Below are positions 46,422-58,476 of a DNA stretch of 64,000 bases, piece by piece. The translations under genes were made by a program, and so were the position numbers. The notes below the pieces were generated by a model. The model saw nothing but the letters and a program-made list of their open reading frames with translations, ran no database searches and had not been told where the DNA came from. Source of the DNA: Selaginella moellendorffii (taxonomy: Eukaryota > Plantae > Lycopodiophyta); the NCBI RefSeq assembly GCF_000143415.4, contig NW_003314304.1, positions 1,594,730 through 1,658,729 of the forward strand. Reading direction: 5' to 3'. How positions within the stretch are numbered: the stretch's first letter is position 1; the number at the start of each line of letters is the position of its first letter.

Positions 46422-48684
46422 TTACAGTGAAGAGAGTTCTACTTCTTGAGTCGCTGGCCTGTAGGCAGCAAAAGTTCCATCCACCGAGAACGATCCCGGA
46501 CTAAAGGCCGTGACGCCCATATACTTGAAAAGCTTTTGCTCCGTGCGGTCGCCTAGAACAATCTGGAAAGATTGGGAGCATAGATCAAGGACGAACAGGA
46601 AAGGATCCTCCAACACACTTACAGTGTGAGGCGTTGGATAGAGCCGCATGGCGTGATCATACTCCCAGACAATGGGCTGCGAAGTTAGTGGTAGAGGACA
46701 CAGGTGACTTTGATGTGTGATTGTCGCTACAAGCTGCAAGAAATGGAGTTTATGGAGCAGGAAAAACGATGGCAAAGGGGACTTACGTGCTCAAATGGCT
46801 CTGTTGTCTCCTCGTCTGACGGTGTAACAATGCATAGCCTTCTCATGCGGTACAGCAAGTTCTCCCTGAAGAGAACTATCTCCTGCGAGAAGAAGCGAAT
46901 CCTGCGTGATACTCGTTATCCTAAAGTCAGCATTACACAAAGAGTTACCTGCATGGATTACTTGCAAAGGTCACATTGGGGACGTGCTTGGCCAGCTCCT
47001 TTGTGAAATAGCTCGGCAAGGCAGGCCTCGGAAGAACGCTACTCGGGCCTAGACAATTGAGTTAGCAAACCAGGAAGTCATACAAAACAAAACGATACCT
47101 GGATCTTCAGGACCCGGGATTAGGACAAACTTGCTGGTCGAGCTGATCCGAGTATGTGACGCGATTAGTGTGCCGAGCTTATCAAAGTGCGAACTATACT
47201 GCCAAACAATGTAGCACATGAAGAGCAAAGCTTATGTTTAAAACTTGAAAGTACCGAAGCTCCCCAAAGCTATGGAAAGAGAGATTGCAAGGGCGTGACA
47301 AAAAATTTCCCATGAGTATAAAGACTGATGGCACAACGTCAACGTTTTCAAATCCATCCAGCACGACCTCAAGATTTCGCATAGTCTGGATACCAACAAA
47401 CAGAAGAGTATGTGAGAAATTTGGGCAGGAAAATACGTTACCTGTTCATCGTCCAGCCACACGTCAGAGATAACAACAAACATGTCGTTAACAGCTTTGC
47501 GTTCCAGCACTTCTAGTCTGCTCTACAAACAGCCATTAAGGACACAAAGAAGGAATCAAGCAAAAAAAGGATACGATCTCATCGTAAGAAAGCGCTCCTG
47601 CGCCGAAGAAGTCGAGCCCAGCCGTAACACTTAACGAGATGTTTCTTCCTTCCAATGGAGGGAAGCCACACGTAGAGATCTGTCGAAAGTTGCGCTTCAG
47701 GAAGTGAGTCTTTTAAAACAAGGAACGAACCTGAAAAATGCCGTTTGCTTGCAGCAATCCTTCCGCAACAATTATGCAGTTCTCCGTTAGAAATCCTGAC
47801 GTGATCTTGTGCGAAATTGCAAGTTAAAAAAAAACAAAAGCTCTGCTTATCGTACAAACAAAACTTTCCAAAGGATATAGCTTGCGAAAGATCAATCGGT
47901 ATTGTAGCAGACAAGTCTTCCAAATAATAGCGGCCGTCTTCCAGTTGGGAGACGATCCCCATAACCCATCTTCTGCCAATGCATCCTAGCAGCGATTGCA
48001 ACGACGACAACTGCATTGAGCGTTTTAAGAAAAGACGTAGAAGAAAAGAAAGAAAGAAAAATAAGCAAACCTCACAAGTCCCCGATCGGCTTCCATCCAT
48101 GTCAAATGCAGGCTTTGCAAAGTGTCTATCTCTGATAAGACGTTGATGTAGCAATTGGAGCCTATCTTTGTAAAGAGCAGATTTGGATCGAGCATCACCG
48201 TGAACGGAAGGTGTTTTGTTATACCTGTAGAAGCGTACAAAAGGAGTTTCGAAAAAGAAAAGAAAAAAGAACCCAGTGACAGCGAGAAAACTAAGAAATC
48301 CAAGCGAGAGATCGTTACCTGTAGAACATTTTTCGTATTGGATCGTAGCAAAATCTTGGAAGCTTGAAGGCATCGACAACAAGAAGAGCATTCTGCTCGC
48401 TGCTAGTCACGCCTGTGGCCGCTGAAATGAGTTCCAGCGCTGCTTCCTTGGACAGCACATTGCTCTTCACTGAAATCATCTATGAGACAGGCCGCTAGCA
48501 AAAAGAAGAACAACTCACGGGAGATTTTGTCGACCTCGGCCAGAAGATGCTGGAGCGCCTCCTCGTCCGGCAAGTATTGCTCATCTAGGAAGCCAAGAAC
48601 AGCCTTGAGCGCATCCACCGAGAGGGTTAGTCCCCGGAGCTTGAACTTCAGCTGCGCCTTGCGCATTCGCTGCTGCTGCTCCAT
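46422..48684 (-). CDS. DPB2: DNA polymerase epsilon subunit B (multi-exon)
   Basis: KFKLRGLTL, LYKDRLQLLHQRLIR, VMGIVSQLEDGRYYLEDL, FVVISDVWLDDE, FILMGNF, VLIPGPEDP, QSHLCPLPL..QPIVWEYDHAMRLYPTPH, FSPGSF. Confidence 0.93.
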
Positions 48685-48699
48685 CGCCAAAATCTCTTT

Positions 48700-48732
48700 A
48701 GAACCCTAACCCCAACCAATTGGCGGGAAAAC
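48700..48732 (-). promoter_or_regulatory. E2F site (TTTCCCGC) and telo-box-like motif upstream of DPB2
   Basis: tggcgggaaa at 48721-48730 reads TTTCCCGCCA on the minus strand, ~40 bp before the ATG; aaccctaa at ~48702. Confidence 0.75.
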
Positions 48733-48770
48733 GTAGCCCTAAAATTCAAATGATGCCATTTAAGGTTTAA

Positions 48771-50302
48771 TTATGATCCCATTAAGATAAGTGAGAGCAC
48801 TTGGCTCAAATCGTATCCTTGAAACTGCCATCCAAACAACTCTGTTGGAAGATCAAGAAAAAAGGCTGGTGCTACTTACACTGAGTGCTGTGAGCGCTAC
48901 CACCACTCCAGAATTCCAGGTCGCGTGGATTAGAATTGGCGTGAGCATGTTGTGTGTCTTAGAGTACGCAAAACCGATGACAATGCCTGTGTGGGAAGTG
49001 TCAGCAATGGCAATCCACTTGATTTCTTACCCAACGCAAAGAGCTGTGGAAATTCTCCCGGAGTTAGATGAGCGAGAGCAAACGCAGCGGCGCTCAAAAC
49101 CACGGCAACTGGAACTGGCAACCTGAGAATCCAGTAGTGTAAGATCGTGTAAAAGCACAGTTTTTCACCTCTTAGTTAGAGATGTCAGGAGAAAGCCGCG
49201 GAAAACAGTCTCTTCTAGCAGTGGAGCCAAAGCACCGGTCACAACAATCAATGACGCTGTGCTACAAAAATGACCAGCGAATCAATCACAACACATCCAA
49301 CTGAGAAACCTCGTTGCTAACCTTAATGGCGAGACACCAATGAGCGGAAGCAACTGTGATAGCGCATCGTTGTCCTGACAAAGATAAAAACCGAAATCAA
49401 TTGTGCATTGGGATATAGCAACCAAGAACCAACCTCCCGTGGTGGCAGTTCACCATTAACAGATGAAACGATGATACTGGTTAGAACCACAGCTCCACCA
49501 GCGCAAAGTATGCCAATTCCAGACCAAAGCAGCCATCCTCGCTGCAAATCAAATGGTTTTCTAAAATCTAAAGTCGTGTTAAGCGTAACTACGAAGGAGA
49601 GAAACGATAAAAGCATACCATACACGAACATGTCGGAAGGCAAAGGCTGGTACTTGGTTGTAACGAGATTGATGGTGCCAAGTCCTGTAATTGTCTGCAA
49701 ACTTCACAGGCCAAGTTTCATGAAAGATTGATCGCAACTTTTCTAACTCCTTACACTTGGCTGAAAAGTATGAACGCAGCTTGTTCGTCCATGTCGAGGA
49801 TTTCTCTTCTATCGATCCCCAGATTATGACCGAGCACTGCCGTAGCCAAGCCTGTCACAAAAAAGCTGCGCTTGTAGTGTCATCGATCAACAAAAGCAAT
49901 CAGGAACAAGCTTTGATTTCTACCGACCTGACCAGCCAACCCAGCAATCCCAGCGTTGTCACTCCATACCCCCACGGAACGTCCCACCCATCAAGCCGGA
50001 GAATTTTCAACGCTAGGCTCTACACAAACCAAAGATTGTAGACTACGAGAAGAGAAACGACAAGAATTCGTGTAGCTTACCTCATTGTCCCCATCAGGAG
50101 CATTTCCTTTGCGATTTCCAGTCGCTCCAATTCTTTCCCGATCGGGACGACGAGACACTGCTTCTCTCGCCCAAGGCGCTGGAGCGGCAGCCGCATTAGC
50201 GTAGCTGACGCGAAAGGAATGAAATGCCGGTCCCCTGGAGAGCTGGAATTTGAGGTGAGACGAAGGAGACGCCGTGAGCGCCATTGCCAACGCCATAGCC
50301 AT
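48771..50302 (-). CDS. CAAX prenyl protease-like (CPBP/Abi) membrane protein with probable plastid transit peptide
   Basis: APLLEETVFRGFLLTSL, SAAAFALAHLTPGEFPQLFALG, IHATWNSGV; A/S/R-rich N-terminus; stop position inferred from the splice model. Confidence 0.88.
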
Positions 50303-50389
50303 CGCGCCAAGAGCCCTAATCGCTTTTTTAAATTATAAACGTTCTTTGAGATTTACACACACAAAGTACAGTTTTTACTATTTACCATG

Positions 50390-50920
50390 CTAGTGGTGGT
50401 GAAATGAAGCCTCGTACGAAATTGGCGGCGGCTTGGGAAGATCCAATGGTGGCTCTTTGTACGAGAACGGCGGCGGCTTTGGAAGATCGAACGGTGGTTC
50501 TTTGTAGGAGATTGGCGGCGGCTTGGGAAGATCCAATGGTGGCTCTTTGTACGAGAATGGTGGCGGCTTTGGAAGATCGAACGGTGGCTCTTTGTATGAG
50601 AATGGCGGAGGCTTTGGAAGAGTAAACTCTGGCTCATTGTACGAGAGTGGCGGTGGCTTTGGAAGATCAAACGGTGGCTCCTTGTACGAGAATGGCGGAG
50701 GCTTGGGCAGCTCATACGGAGGTTCTTTGAACTCGAACGGTGGCGGCTTTGGAAACTCGAGTGGAGGATGGTGGAAGTACTCGTTCTTCATTTCGGTGGC
50801 TGCTCCGACCAGTGTGGACCTCGCGGCAACAGTGGCAGCAGCTCCGAGGAGGATTGTCAACACCGAAATCCAGAGAAGAATCGCAGAACCACCACCGACA
50901 CCATTCGCAGAAGTTCCCAT
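50390..50920 (-). CDS. Secreted proline-rich (PELPK-like) protein with 8 x 15-aa repeats
   Basis: Hydrophobic signal (AILLWISVLTILLGAAATVAA) followed by PP(F/L)DLPKPPP(F/I/L)SYKE repeats (45-bp units). Confidence 0.85.
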   Translation of the reverse strand: MGTSANGVGGGSAILLWISVLTILLGAAATVAARSTLVGAATEMKNEYFHHPPLEFPKPPPFEFKEPPYELPKPPPFSYKEPPFDLPKPPPLSYNEPEFTLPKPPPFSYKEPPFDLPKPPPFSYKEPPLDLPKPPPISYKEPPFDLPKPPPFSYKEPPLDLPKPPPISYEASFHHH

Positions 50921-51629
50921 TCCTTGTTTTTCTAGATCTTCTCGGGACCTACACAAAAGCACCAAAAGCACTGTGGATCAGCGCCGGGAAGGAAGCGAAG
51001 CGATTGACGAGAAAGGAAAGAGCTTTTGAGCCTTACCCGGACGAGTTCCGAGAAGTTTATGCGAGTGGCTGCCACAGATCCTCCGGGCTAGCCATATAAG
51101 CGGACAGTTTTTGGTTGCGAGTTTTCCATCATGTCGCTGGAGCAAGGCGACACAAAGTTTCAAGCTGGAAGTCCTTTGGGAAGATGCCCTCTGCAACCAC
51201 GAGGGACGATTCACATGGAAAGTTAGCTAGCTCGCAGCGCAGAGCGTACTTACCTCCAGAGCACGGAAAGAGAGACCTGAATAGCGAAAAAGCCTGCAAT
51301 GTCCAACATACTCGAGTCACCATCACGTACTTAAAACGCATTGATCGAAGCAACAGCGAACGAAAAGAAAGAAAGAAAGAAAGAAGAAAAAATCTCACCT
51401 TTTTTTTTTCTTTGCTTGATCAGAGCTCTCATCCGGCTGGCTTGAGAAAAGTCGGGGTCAAAAGCCAGTCCTTGCTGATATCACGAGTGCCCACTCGTCC
51501 CTAAACAAGCATCGCTATTTAACAGTCAAAAGTGACCGCCACCATTTCGTGTCTGCACCAAACCCACGTATATAAAAAAGTTAGCTGGGAAGCTCACGAA
51601 CATTTGTGGATCCAGCATACCTCGGAGTG

Positions 51630-53091
<1,462 letters not shown>

Positions 53092-53308
53092 GCTAGCCAA
53101 GAACACTGTGTCGATAGTCAAATTCTTTCTTCTTGTGTGGAGTTGTGAAAGATTTTCCTCAATGCAAGCGATTGATCGATGGAATCCAAGCGATCCACGC
53201 ATGCGATGCTGCAATGCAAGTGATCAATGGATTGCAAACCTGGATTGGCAGCGACAACGATTGTGATATATTCCCGAGAAATATTCTTGCAAGAATGAGG
53301 GTTCTTTC

Positions 53309-55315
53309 ATGGTTCTTGGAAGAACATCGAATGCCGGCGTGATCGATCGCATTGCCAGCTCCTTGAAGCGATCGAAGAGCCTGTCTGAGGTGAGGCAGAT
53401 CCATCCGCGAGTGGAGCAGCAACGCAGCACCTATCTCTCCAATCGTTTGCTGGAAGCCTATGGGCGACACGATGCGGTGGAATGCGCGCAGGCACTCTTC
53501 GATTCCATGCCCGATCCAAACAATTTCTCCTGGACGTTCCTCCTCTCGGCATACGCGCGGAATGGATATTTCGATCGATCCAAGCGCGTCTTCGATGCGA
53601 TGGCGCTCAATCGCTGCCACGACGTGGTTTCCTGGACGATCTTGCTCAAAGGCTTCTCAGAGAGTGGCAGGATCGAGGAGATGGAGGAGATTTTCGCCAG
53701 GATGCCCGCGAGGAGCGTCATTTCCTTCCACACAGTGTTCGTCGCCCACAAGAACGCCAAGAACTGGGACGAGGCATCCAGAGCGTTTCTCCAGATGCCG
53801 GAGCACGATCTCATCTCGTGGACTGGCATGATCCAAAGCTACGCTGGCAGCGGGAGAATTGATCGCGCGGAGGAGATGTTTGGAAAGATCCCAGCGCGCA
53901 ACACGATGTGCTGCAACTCGATGATCTTGGCATTTGCCGACGCTGGGCATTTGGATCCAGCGAAAGCGCTGTTCGATTCGATGCCCGAGAAGAACGAGGT
54001 TTCCTGGAATGCGATGCTGGCGATCGAGAATCTTGAAATAGATGAGTTGCATCTCTACTTTGAGAGAATGCCACAGCGTAGCATCGCTTCTTGGCGAGCG
54101 ATTGTGGCAGAAAATGCCGCAAAGGGGGATCTTTTCAGGGCCAAGAACACGTTCGATCAAATGCCGGAGCATAGCGCCTCCTCTTGGAGCGCCATGATCG
54201 TCGCCTTTGCTCGCATAGGTCCAATCCACGCCGAGACGATGCTCCACAAGAGCCCTAGCTGGGATCCATCGATGTGGGGATCGTTAATCCAAGCCTATGC
54301 CGAGATGGGGCATTTGGAGATAGCGGCAAGAACCTTAGAATCGATGCCAGAGAAGAGCGCTGGACTATCGACAATTCTTGTCCGGGCATGCCAGGAGCGC
54401 GATCAAGCCGATTTGGCGAAGGCGCTGTTCGATCAAGCGCGCGATCGAGACGCGATTCTGTGGAACACGATCTTGTTCGTGCTTGCCCGGAACGGGGAAA
54501 TCCCGGCGGCCAAGAGTGTCTTTGCGAAGATGGCTCGGCACAGCGCAGTGTCGTGCACGGAGATGATCGCGGCTCTCGGTAGCGATGGCGATGTCGGGAG
54601 CGCTAGGGAGATTTTCGATTCCATGGCCGAGAAAGAAGATATTGTCGCGAGAACCGCGATGATCCATGCATACGCCCGGAACGGGGATCTAGAACAGGCC
54701 AGATCGCTCTTCGATGTGGTGGAGCTCCACAGCCGCGATGCGATCCTGTGGAACACGATGATCGCGGCGTACTCCCAGAGCGGCGATCTGGATGAGGCGA
54801 GGGAGATCTTGGAGAGAATGCCGCACAGAGATGTCATGGCCTGGACCGCGTTGATGGCGCAAGAGAACGGCGGCCAAGCGATGGCGGTGGTCGCGATCAT
54901 GCAGCTCGAGGGCGTGGCGCCGAATGGAATCTCCTTCGTGGCGGTTCTTGGCGCCTGTGGCCACGACGGATTCGTGGCAAGCGCTGGAGAGTACTTCCGA
55001 TCGATGAGGCGAGACTATGGCCTCGATCCGGCGAAAGAACACTACGGCTCGATGCTGCTGGGGCTCGGCCGGGCGGGAATGCTGGATGCCGCCGAGGAGC
55101 TCATGGAATCCATGCCATTCGAGCCAGATGCCGCGATGTGGGGGGAGATTCTCAGCGCTTGCCAGATCCACGGCGACGTCGATCGCGCCTGGAATGCCGC
55201 GCTGCGGCTTGGCGAGATGGATCCACGCGACTCCGCGACCTATGTCTCGCTGGGAAATATCTTGCTCGATCGCGAGGATTCAAATGTAGTAGGGTTCCTC
55301 CCAGCGCTGGGCTAG
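53309..55315 (+). CDS. PLS-class pentatricopeptide repeat protein with E-type C-terminus (no DYW)
   Basis: Repeated F..MP..(D/N)..SW..M motifs; EHYGSM..LGRAG.L..AEEL..SMPFEPD..W..LSAC.IHGD; intronless, 668 aa. Confidence 0.93.
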   Translation: MVLGRTSNAGVIDRIASSLKRSKSLSEVRQIHPRVEQQRSTYLSNRLLEAYGRHDAVECAQALFDSMPDPNNFSWTFLLSAYARNGYFDRSKRVFDAMALNRCHDVVSWTILLKGFSESGRIEEMEEIFARMPARSVISFHTVFVAHKNAKNWDEASRAFLQMPEHDLISWTGMIQSYAGSGRIDRAEEMFGKIPARNTMCCNSMILAFADAGHLDPAKALFDSMPEKNEVSWNAMLAIENLEIDELHLYFERMPQRSIASWRAIVAENAAKGDLFRAKNTFDQMPEHSASSWSAMIVAFARIGPIHAETMLHKSPSWDPSMWGSLIQAYAEMGHLEIAARTLESMPEKSAGLSTILVRACQERDQADLAKALFDQARDRDAILWNTILFVLARNGEIPAAKSVFAKMARHSAVSCTEMIAALGSDGDVGSAREIFDSMAEKEDIVARTAMIHAYARNGDLEQARSLFDVVELHSRDAILWNTMIAAYSQSGDLDEAREILERMPHRDVMAWTALMAQENGGQAMAVVAIMQLEGVAPNGISFVAVLGACGHDGFVASAGEYFRSMRRDYGLDPAKEHYGSMLLGLGRAGMLDAAEELMESMPFEPDAAMWGEILSACQIHGDVDRAWNAALRLGEMDPRDSATYVSLGNILLDREDSNVVGFLPALG

Positions 55316-55323
55316 GGTATTGG

Positions 55324-58113
55324 ATGGATTCCTCATTCGTGCGCGGCGACGATGCGCTGGACAGCGAGCAGCAGCAGCATCAAGGCCGGGATCCAGCTCC
55401 AGGCGACGATCAAGATCAAGATCAAGACGAGGAGAATGAAGACGACGAGGAGGAGCTCCAGAAGAAGGCCGCGCAGCAGGGATGTGATGCCGTGGTCGTG
55501 AGCGAAGAGGATTCAGGTATTCTAGACAGTAGCTTCTCCGGCAAGGATCACAGAGGCGTCGATCCGCTCACCAGGTTCGTTCTTCCGCTGCTGGACAATG
55601 ACGAGCTGGATCGTCAGCACAAGCAGCACCACCACCACCATCAAGACGATCCTGGAAGCTGTGAGAAGCTGCGCGATCAGGCGCTTGGATTCCACAAGCA
55701 AGGATCTGGATTTCCATACGTTGCTGCTCCAGCAAATCCAGCTCTTGGTAGTGCTGCTACTGCTGGAAGTGGAGGAAGGGATTGCATGGAGGGTGAACGA
55801 GTCTATCGGAAGGGGATATGGATGCTGCCAGAGCTCTTGGCTCTCCAGACCGCGAGGAAAGCTGGGATGGGAAAGTTTGGATATAGAACCAGGAACAACA
55901 AGTCGGAGAAAGAGCGATGGCAAGACATCGAGGACGTTTTGTGGCTGCAAGGCGTGCAAAGAAGTGCCGATCAGTGCCGCTCGCGCTGGGAATATATTTC
56001 CAGGGAATTCAGGAGGATCGTGGAGTATGAAACGTCGGCTCCGATGGGACAGTCGTATTGGAGTCTCTCGCAGGCTGATCGGAAGGACAAGGATCTCCCT
56101 ATCAACTTTTATGGGGACTTATTCCACGCAATGAACCAGTGGATGGGAGCTGGAAAAGGAGCACCTATGGAGGGAGCAGCCAAGGCAATGGAAACTGGAA
56201 GTGCTACTAGCAATGGTGAAGATCTTTTTTCTTTCTTATTTTTTGGTTTTCGTTCTTGTTTCTACTTCTACTCGACTGATTGCGTGCTGTGAATGCAGGT
56301 AATGGCTCTCGAAATTCATGCTTGCAGCTGGATAACCCCGGCAGCAAACCAGCGGGAAAGAAGAGAAAAGCTGCATATAAGCAGAACAATAGGTACTTAA
56401 GTTTGATCTTCTATCTGTCCTGTTTGTGACTCTCGTATCCAGGTCCTTGTGGCCGAGAGAAATCCAGCTTCAACCAGAGGCAGGAACTCTCCTGCTATGC
56501 AACTGCAGTATCGTTCATGTCGGTGCGTCTACAAATATTACCAACGGCGATCACGTTCTCATAAGGAACAAGAGAATTGCTTATGTTGGACCTTCTCTTG
56601 CTTACTACGCTTCGCAAGTAAGAACAAGGACTTCGGTGATTATTATACATTTTTCTCTGATCACACAAGTCTTTTTTGCAGGTTTTGGATTTGGGAGGTC
56701 GGTTCCTGATACCAGGTCTTTGTGACGCTCACGTCCATGTCACGGCTATAAGCGCGAACTTGCATGATATGTCAAGTATTCCGGCTTCTCTTATCACTGC
56801 GAGGGCGACCAAGGTGTTGCAAAACATGCTGATGCGGGGTTTTACGACTGTGAGAGACGTTGGCGGCTGCGACTGGGGACTTGCAAAGGTATGTCTCCAA
56901 CTTATTCTAGCCATGCATCTCAGAGAAGCTGCATTTGGTTGTCAGGTTCATTCTATGGCCTGTTCATGTTTTTGAAAGAAGATGCTATTGCTCCAGATCT
57001 ACACGTCTTGATACCAATCATCTTCAAACAGGCAGTGGAAGAAGGAACAATTCTTGGCCCGAGGATCCTTTTTGGTGGCCATGCGCTCTCACAAACAGGA
57101 GGTCACGGAGATATGCGACTGGCGGGAGAAGACGACATTTGCTCGTGCTCGGGCTCCTTAGCCCTTGGTCGGGTATGCGATGGCGTCGCTGAAGCTCGTA
57201 AAGCTGCTCGAGATGAACTTCGAAAAGGCGCTTATCATATCAAAATCATGGCGTCTGGCGGTGTCTCTTCACCAACTGATCATCTTACTAGTTTGCAGGT
57301 AATGCTTCTCTAGTTGGTTTTGCGCACCAAATGACTTTGTTTCACAGTTTTCAGCTGAAGAAATCTCTGCCATTGTAGAAGAGGCTACGCATTGCGGCAA
57401 GTACGTATGCGCGCACGCCTACACCGCTGCAGCTGTAAAGAGAGCGCTAGAGCTTGGGGTCCGTAGCATAGAGCATGGAAACGTGAGTCCTTTTATCTTG
57501 GTTTTGCAGCGACTTAAAATCTAACTGGTTTTATGCAGCTCGCTGACACGGAATGCTTAGATTTGATGAAGGTGAAAGGTGCATTTCTAGTACCAACTCT
57601 TGTGACATACCATCAAATTCGTCGCCAGGGTGAAGCTTCCGGTATGGCCCCGGAGCTTGTTGCAAAGGTGATAGAAGGATAACTTTTCGTTCTTTCTACT
57701 TACTGGGCCTGCAGGTAGGGGACTTGCTAGAGAGAGGACTAGACGTGGTGGCACTAGCAGACCAACGAGGTGTGAATATTTGTTTTGGGACGGACTTGCT
57801 TGGTTCGATGCACGACCATCAACTCGAGGAGTTTTCTCTACGATCACGCGTGCAGTCTCCTATAGCGATTCTTAAGTCTGCGACAAGTACTTGTGCGCAG
57901 CTCTTCAACATGGATGGCCAGATTGGCTGCGTGGCAGAGGGAGCTTACGCAGATTTGCTGGTGCTAGACAAGAATCCAATAGCAGATATCGGTGTTCTAG
58001 CCGATCCCAACAATCTGGTTATGATCCTCAAGCAGGGAGAAACTGTGAAGCTGCCGAAGGGACTGGCGACCAAGATGGTAGATGGCAGACCGTGGACTCA
58101 AATTACAAGCTGA
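55324..58113 (+). CDS. Trihelix (Myb/SANT-like) domain fused to a metal-dependent amidohydrolase, ~765 aa, 8 exons
   Basis: Exons 55324-56215, 56299-56392, 56443-56617, 56682-56888, 57032-57298, 57348-57482, 57539-57667 and 57715-58113 join in frame at GT-AG sites. Trihelix: RKGIW..ELLAL..RWQDIE..RSADQCRSRWE. Amidohydrolase: PGLCDAHVH, TTVRDVGG, IKIMASGGV, AHAY, SIEHG, FGTD, ADLLVLD.NP. Confidence 0.8.
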
Positions 58114-58476
58114 GAGCTCGACCAAGTAAGCAAGTGTTTATGATGTTCTTACAGTGTGAATCTGTAGAGGATGACCTTTGAGGGAATTTACTACTCTGAG
58201 AAGGTGTTATGTATCATTCATCTAAAGTTGACGGTACGATTCTGCGTTTTTCTTTGCGATCCTTCTAGTACAACGAATATTGACGTTTTGTTGCTATTTG
58301 AGAATTATCGCCTTTTGCGCTTGTGGTTCAAGATGCTTCTGCCGCTGTATAAATATTAGCTGCGAGTCTTCATACAACATCATCCTATTGCATCGCAAGT
58401 TGTAAGTTGCTCCATGCATTGCTCTTATGCTTTGCTCTCGGTAACAATTTTCTCGGTTTGCAGATCACAAGGAGGG

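Noticed and set aside
50408-50770. BURP-type cyclic peptide (RiPP) precursor
   Set aside because: No BURP domain in the window, and the repeats fit PELPK-like wall proteins better; kept only as a minor alternative.
50523-51029. Gly-rich antisense ORF (GRSNGGSLYENGGG)
   Set aside because: Mirror of the proline-rich repeat gene, which has the signal peptide.
53458-55289. Numerous overlapping ORFs on both strands
   Set aside because: Shadow frames of the GC-rich PPR CDS.
58414-58476. Signal peptide on the agglutinin-aerolysin protein
   Set aside because: The ATG at 58414 and its hydrophobic codons lie in a probable 5' UTR intron (GTAAGT ~58403 to TTTGCAG 58463); ATG 58477 is preferred.
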